The notes under the pieces are model-generated. The model was not told the origin of the DNA. It was given only the letters and a program-made list of their open reading frames with translations, and ran no database searches. A stretch of 64,000 nucleotides of DNA from an uncultured bacterium (GTDB lineage Bacteria; Chloroflexota; UBA5177; JANWHV01). Positions 59,099 through 64,000 of the stretch are shown piece after piece. The position numbers and the translations under genes were made by a program. Where the stretch lies: NCBI GenBank assembly GCA_963827235.1, contig CAWHAE010000017.1:189287-253286 (forward strand), in the 5' to 3' direction. Within the stretch, counting starts at the first letter, position 1, and each line of letters starts with the position of its first letter.

Positions 59099-59818
59099 TC
59101 AACCGCCAGCTTCCGCCATCCATACCTCCATCTCCTCCTGGGTCGCGCCGCGCCAGACCCCTGATTGCTCGTCTTGGACAAGTGTCGGTTGATAGAGACT
59201 GCCCCTAATCCAGAGGTCGAGCCACTCGGTGAAGTCGAGCCCGCTGGGAAACAGGGCCCTCTCATCTGTCGGACCCGGATTCGGATCCCAGCCCCACATC
59301 GGGCCGTCATCCGCAGAACAGTCAATAAACGAGTAGATCGCGCAGCCCCAATGGCAGATCGGGAGCAGGCTCGGGCTGAGCAAGGCCCACCCGCCTGCGG
59401 GAATATCGCGAGCCAATCGCCAAAGATTAATGGCGTTGTGGCCCTGGTCATCTCTGTGTCCATCCCGAACCCCGAGCACTCCGTAGCCCGGACCAAACCC
59501 GCCATTGCCAACCTCAAGGAAGAGCCGTCGGAGAAGATGGGGAAGCGGGAAGCCGACGAAAGCCTCTCCCTCAGCAACTGCTTCTGGGCGAGCGACGATC
59601 AAGGGTGGCAAGCACTCGATAACACCAGCCCGAACCGCCTCGAGGTGATCTGCTGTCCTCTCGTGTACATGCGCTGTCGCGAGCCGTTCTTCAAGACCCT
59701 GAAACAGGTACCACCTTCAGCGCTGCGTCGGGCATACCAAAAAGCTCGTCCCGATACTCGCCCCAGCAACCATCGTTGCCACGGCGTGAAAAACCGCATC
59801 TTCGCTCTCCAAAGTCAT
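59099..59818 (-). CDS. SMI1/KNR4 (SUKH) family protein, N-terminus apparently frameshifted
   Basis: AVAEGEAFVGFPLPHLLRRLFLEVGNGGFGP, LPICHWGCAIYSFIDC, FTEWLDLW. ATG at 59818; the N-terminal part reads across three frames. Confidence 0.8.
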
Positions 59819-59937
59819 GGCTGAAGTATGGCAGGAGTGCGGGTGGGTCGTCTATCGGTATCTCGCTTCGGGTGCCAACGCGCGGCCAAAGAGCGGCATC
59901 GTTTCCCGTAGAGATTCGCCAGCAACATCATGAGACT

Positions 59938-61075
59938 GGCTCTTCCGCATCAAGCGTGATCTTCGGGGCGAGCGGCTGGCACAGGGACACGTGAGAACGA
60001 ATCTCCTCACCATGCGCTCAGAAGCCTGCCATCGTCCGTGTCCAACCCTGTACTTCCGTTCACCCTGCCCGGCAGCGTCGTAGACAATGTCTGTTCTACT
60101 GACACCGCCGTGTTCGTACTGGCGCTCACGATCGCGCCCGGCCAACCCTGTCCGGATTGCGGCCAGCATTCGACTCGCGCCCGCAGCCGCTGCTGCGTCG
60201 CTGCCGCGACCTGCCGGCTGCGGATCGCACCCTGCAGCTCTCGCTGACGGTGCGCCGCTTCTTCTGCCTGAACCATCTGTTCTAGATGTACGTCGCCGAG
60301 CGTTTGCCGGTTCTGGCCCCCGCTGCGAGCCCGGCGTACGCCACGAAGAACCGCGTCCTTGCGCGCGATTGGCTTCGCCTGTGGCGCGGAGGCCGGCGCG
60401 CGCCTTGCCAGATGCCTACGTATGCCTACGAGCGGCGACACGCTCCTGCGCATACTCCGCGCCGACGCCACCGCAGGTCTCGCCGCCACCACACGTGATC
60501 GGCATTGACGATTTCGCCCTGCGCAAGGGCCGCGTCTATGGCACGATCGTGGTGGACCTCGACAATGTTGGCGCCCTATCGACCTGCTCCCTGAGCGGAC
60601 AGCGGCAGCTATCGCGGCACGGCTGCAGAGTGAGTCGCAGATCGCGGTCGTGGCACGCGATCGCGCGCAGGACTATGCGCGCGGCGTGAGTGACGGCGCA
60701 CCGCAAGCACAGCAGGTGATCGACCGTTTCCATCTCCTCCTCAACCTGCGCCAGGTCGTCGAGCGCTTCGTGCATCGGATTCGACCGGAGCTGCGCCAAC
60801 TGCTGGCCCAGGCCGACGCTAAAACACCGTCTACGCCGGGCGGGTCGCTTGATTACCCACCCGCCCCACGCTACGATCCAGGCCCGACGCGACTGCAGGT
60901 CCAAGCGGCGAAGCACGCCGAGCGCGAGCAGCGCTTCTGTGCCCTCAAGGAGGCTCAAGAACGTGGGCTGAACCACCCTCAGATCATGCGCCTGACCGGC
61001 CTCTCTCGCCCTACCGTGCGGCGATGGATGGCCGCCGACGTCCTACCACCCGAGCGGCGTGGCTACCGGCGCGAC
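59938..61075 (+). mobile_element. Truncated, frameshifted ISL3-family element
   Basis: GGCTCTTCCGCA candidate left end; CPDCG zinc finger; VRRFFC; IGIDDFALRKGRVYGTIVVDLD; RDR..DY; QVIDRFHL. 3' half missing. Confidence 0.85.
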
Positions 61076-61442
61076 GGGCATGGGCCAGATCACAGAAGGC
61101 GCCTTCGTGATCAGCAACCTCGCCAGCAACGAGGCGGGTGCCGGCTGCAACACCGAGATGCGGCAGACGACCCTCACGGCTACGAACCACGACAGACTGG
61201 TGCTGGACGCCACCGGCATCAGTTGCACGACGAGCAAGACGACCGTCACCGCGGTGGATGCCTACCAGGTGGTGGGAGGGACCGGGCGGTACAGCGGCGC
61301 ACGCGGCTTCGGCACTGACACCGCGAGCGTCATTATTGGCAAGACGGCTGCCTTCACGCTTACCGGTATCCTGTCCACCTCCGGCTCGCTGATGTGGTCC
61401 GCCCGATGCGTGCCCGGTAGCTGGAGCCTCCCTCGCCGGTGA
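61070..61442 (+). pseudogene. C-terminal fragment of a beta-barrel (dirigent/allene-oxide-cyclase-like) protein
   Basis: YQVVGGTGRYSGARG motif; no start codon, joined directly to the ISL3 break. Confidence 0.45.
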
Positions 61443-61450
61443 GAGGCGCA

Positions 61451-61729
61451 ATGGGCAAGGCAGACCGCACAGATGGCGAAGGAGCGTCACCGTTGGGGAC
61501 CGGGCAGCCACTGGCCGTCGCGGAGCTGGCACGGCGCGCGCAGGCCGCCCTAACGCAGGAGCAGCTCGCGTTGGCCGAGGAGCTGCTTCTGCGCCTGCTC
61601 GCTCACGCACCAAACGAGCCCGGCTGCGCCGCACAGCTCGCCGCGCTGTATGCACGGCGCGGCCGTCATGGCCTGGCCATGGCCGCCCATGAGCACCTAA
61701 GTGAAGTACCCGGCGGGGCACCACGGTAG
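61451..61729 (+). CDS. Short TPR/BTAD-like protein or fragment
   Basis: GAGG SD; AEELLLRLLAHAPNE...LAALYARRGR. Confidence 0.4.
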   Translation: MGKADRTDGEGASPLGTGQPLAVAELARRAQAALTQEQLALAEELLLRLLAHAPNEPGCAAQLAALYARRGRHGLAMAAHEHLSEVPGGAPR

Positions 61730-61844
61730 GGTTCGCACACTGAGCTGAACTGGCCATGAAGGTCGCGATCGAGCCCTGCCCCAAGGAGAGGCTGGGTGGC
61801 GGCCTGCCGACGGACTGGAGGGAAGTGACTCGATCAGGTGGTAT

Positions 61845-62340
61845 ATGAGTGTCCCTGTAGCGGCCGCTCTGCTGGCCGGCACCGGCACGTGCCCAGGCCT
61901 GGGCACGCCAGCCCGAGTGGCGCCGGTCTATACGGTCGGGCATGTGCTGGCTGGACTGGCCCGGGACCCGGAAGCCTGGACGGATCGCACCTTCCTCCTC
62001 CGCGGCACCGGCGGAACCATCCTCGCCAGCACGGACGACGGCACCAGCTGGAGCAGCCGCACGTCCGGCACGAACGACAACCTGTGGGGCGTGGGCGTGG
62101 CCTGCCCGGGCACGAGCGCATGCTTTGCCGTGGGCAGTGCTGGGACGGATAGCGCGCGGCCGTCGGCGACCAAGCACGGTGCTGACTAACGCAGACAGAC
62201 GCTGGAGTCACATGGACAAGGGCGGTCGTCGCGGGTGGCAGCGCCACGATACAGCTGCTGGGCGTCACCTGTGCCGGCGCGCACAGCTGCAAGACCGTGG
62301 GCCGGAGAGGCAATCCTGCGTCTCTGTTGAACGGCGCTCG
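61845..62340 (+). pseudogene. Chimeric remnant with YCF48/BNR-type repeats
   Basis: GTILASTDDGTSW...VACPGTSACFAVG fused to an unrelated VYTV..VLAGLARDP.AW segment; frameshifts. Confidence 0.45.
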
Positions 62341-62497
62341 ACGTCTGCGTGGCCCCGGGTCAACGCCTGGCTCGGATTTCGCTGGGTAGGGCCCCGGCAC
62401 TCCGGCAGGGTGGGCCTTGCCACCCGCAGCCACTGAGCGAACGCGTGTCCGGACGGCCGGGTGATACGTCAAAGCGGCTTGACCCGCAGGCCCGGAC

Positions 62498-64000
62498 TCA
62501 GGACGTTCGGCTCATCGCGCCTGCCAGGATGGTGCCGTCCGAGCCGGCCGCCAGGCACTGCGTGCTGGATGGACATGCGATCGCATGCAGGTTCGCGCTG
62601 ACGCCGGTAGCACTGCTGGCCCAGGTGTTGCCGCCATCCGCGCTCGCCAAGACCGTGCCGCCATCGCTCACGGCCAGGCAGACGTTTCTCGAGCGCAGGC
62701 GATGCCGTAGAGGAACTTGTCGCCGCGGAATCACGGGCGGCCCAGGTGCTGCCCGTGTCCGCGCTGGCGAGAATGGTGGCCTGGCCACCCGCCGACTGGC
62801 CTACGGCCAGGCATGCAGTACTGCTTGGACAGGAAACGCCAAACAGTCTGGCGCTGGTAGCGTAAGCGTGATTGGACCAGCTGATCCCGCCGTCTCCGCT
62901 GACCAGGATAGTGCCCAGCTGCCCAACTGCCAGACAGGTGCTACTGGTCGGGCAGGCGATGCCTTGCAGCTCGGCGTCTGTGCCTGACCGCTGGCTGCTC
63001 CAGGTGTCACCCCCGTCTGTGCTGGCAATAACCGTGCCGCCGTTACCGACCGCAAAGCACCTGCTGCTTGTGGGACAGGCGATGGCGTTGAGCACGCTTT
63101 CGGTGCCGGGGCTCAGGCTACTCCAGTCAGCACCCCCGTCGGTGCTGGCCAGCATGCCGCCAATACCGGCGACCAGGCAGTGGCTGCTCGACGAGCAGGC
63201 CGCACCGAGCCACTGGTCGTCCGTGGTGCCAGCACTGGGCGCGCCGCTTTTCCATGTGTTTCCTCCATCCGTGCTGACAAGGATCGTGCCGCCGTCTCCC
63301 ACGGCCAGGCACTCCGCACTGGTCAGGCAGGCAATGCCGTAGAGCCAGTTCATAGTGGGAGAAGGACGGCGGGTCCACGTCACGCTGACGGTCGGGGTTG
63401 TGCTCTGCCCAGGCGTGCCGGTCGCGGTGCCCGGGCCGGGTGTGCCGGCCGCCTGCGGCACACCGGCCGCAGTGCCGGCCCGAATTGTGCCAGCGTTGCC
63501 CACGGCCAGGCACAGGCTGGTGCTGGGGCAGGCGATGCCGAACAGGCCGTACGTGGTGGCCGCGTTCACGCGCTGCCAGCTCGCGCCGCGATCGTCGCTC
63601 ACGAGCAGGACACCGGGATAGGCATAGGCTACATGGCAGACAATGCCGCGGCTGATCGCATCTAGTAGCAGTCCGGCGAGCTGTTGTTCCAGCCGACAGC
63701 CACGCAGGTACTGCCGCTTGGGCAGGTGATGCCGGCCAGGGCCGTGGCCCCGACGCCGTGCGGCAGGTGGCGCGTGGTCCAGCTGGCACCGCCGTCCTCG
63801 CTAGCCAGAATGGTGGAAAGACGGCCCACGGCGAAGGCAGGCCTTACCCGCCGGGCAATCGACGCCATACAGGGCGACCCCGGTACCCGAGGCACGATGG
63901 TGCCAGGTAGCACCGCCGTCCGCGCTGGCCAGCATCGTTCCCTTGTCGCCCACCGCCAGGCAGGCAGTGCTGGTCCAGCAGGTGACGCCGTACAGGGTGC
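62498..64000 (-). pseudogene. YCF48-related BNR-repeat protein with C-P-x4-C blades (frameshifted, partial)
   Basis: Many repeats of L.GIACP.S..CLAVG..GTILAS.DGG..W spread over several frames; G/T/P linker; runs off the window. Confidence 0.8.

Larger units (their letters stand above)
57238..59929 (+). mobile_element. IS1182-family element with passenger gene
   Basis: 16-bp perfect terminal inverted repeats GATGTTGCTGGCGAAT (57238-57253) and ATTCGCCAGCAACATC (59914-59929). ATGAGAC is present in both flanks. Confidence 0.8.

Noticed and set aside
1-64000. Alternative genetic code (TAG reassignment)
   Set aside because: Several genes (MMPL, sugar permease, VapC) end at TAG at family-typical C-termini, and only one clean in-frame TAG was found.
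1-64000. CRISPR array, tRNA or rRNA
   Set aside because: No repeat-spacer periodicity or recognisable structural RNA gene seen by eye. A covariance-model scan would be needed to exclude small RNAs.

Overview
GC-rich bacterial window, most likely Chloroflexota (inferred from the C-terminal 'YFxxTxHxL...G(Y/P)PI...QYFxxARLELHPE'-type repeats on the secreted proteins). No rRNA, tRNA or CRISPR array was seen. Layout: (1-13 kb) efflux/envelope-stress cluster with a heterodimeric ABC exporter, MMPL, ABC-2 system, two NarL/HisKA_3 two-component systems, DUF1453 and a beta-lactamase-like serine hydrolase; (13-20 kb) mixed enzymes and gene fragments; (20-42 kb) a cell-surface locus with two tandem paralogous giant secreted proteins (1528 and 1332 aa), three paralogous BNR beta-propeller proteins and a divergent XRE-NB-ARC-TPR regulator; (42-46 kb) a probably leaderless MerR-HTH + vWA pair and a Phd/VapC toxin-antitoxin pair; (46-54 kb) a ROK-ABC-GH31 operon with the gene order of cycloalternan uptake/degradation operons and two matching operators; (54-64 kb) an IS-dense stretch with an internally deleted IS110 and candidate bridge-RNA region, an IS1182 whose inverted repeats enclose an SMI1/KNR4 cargo gene, an ISL3 remnant and fragments. 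Many single-base indels, mostly after 47 kb, may be assembly errors. All family assignments come from recognising motifs by eye, not from database searches.
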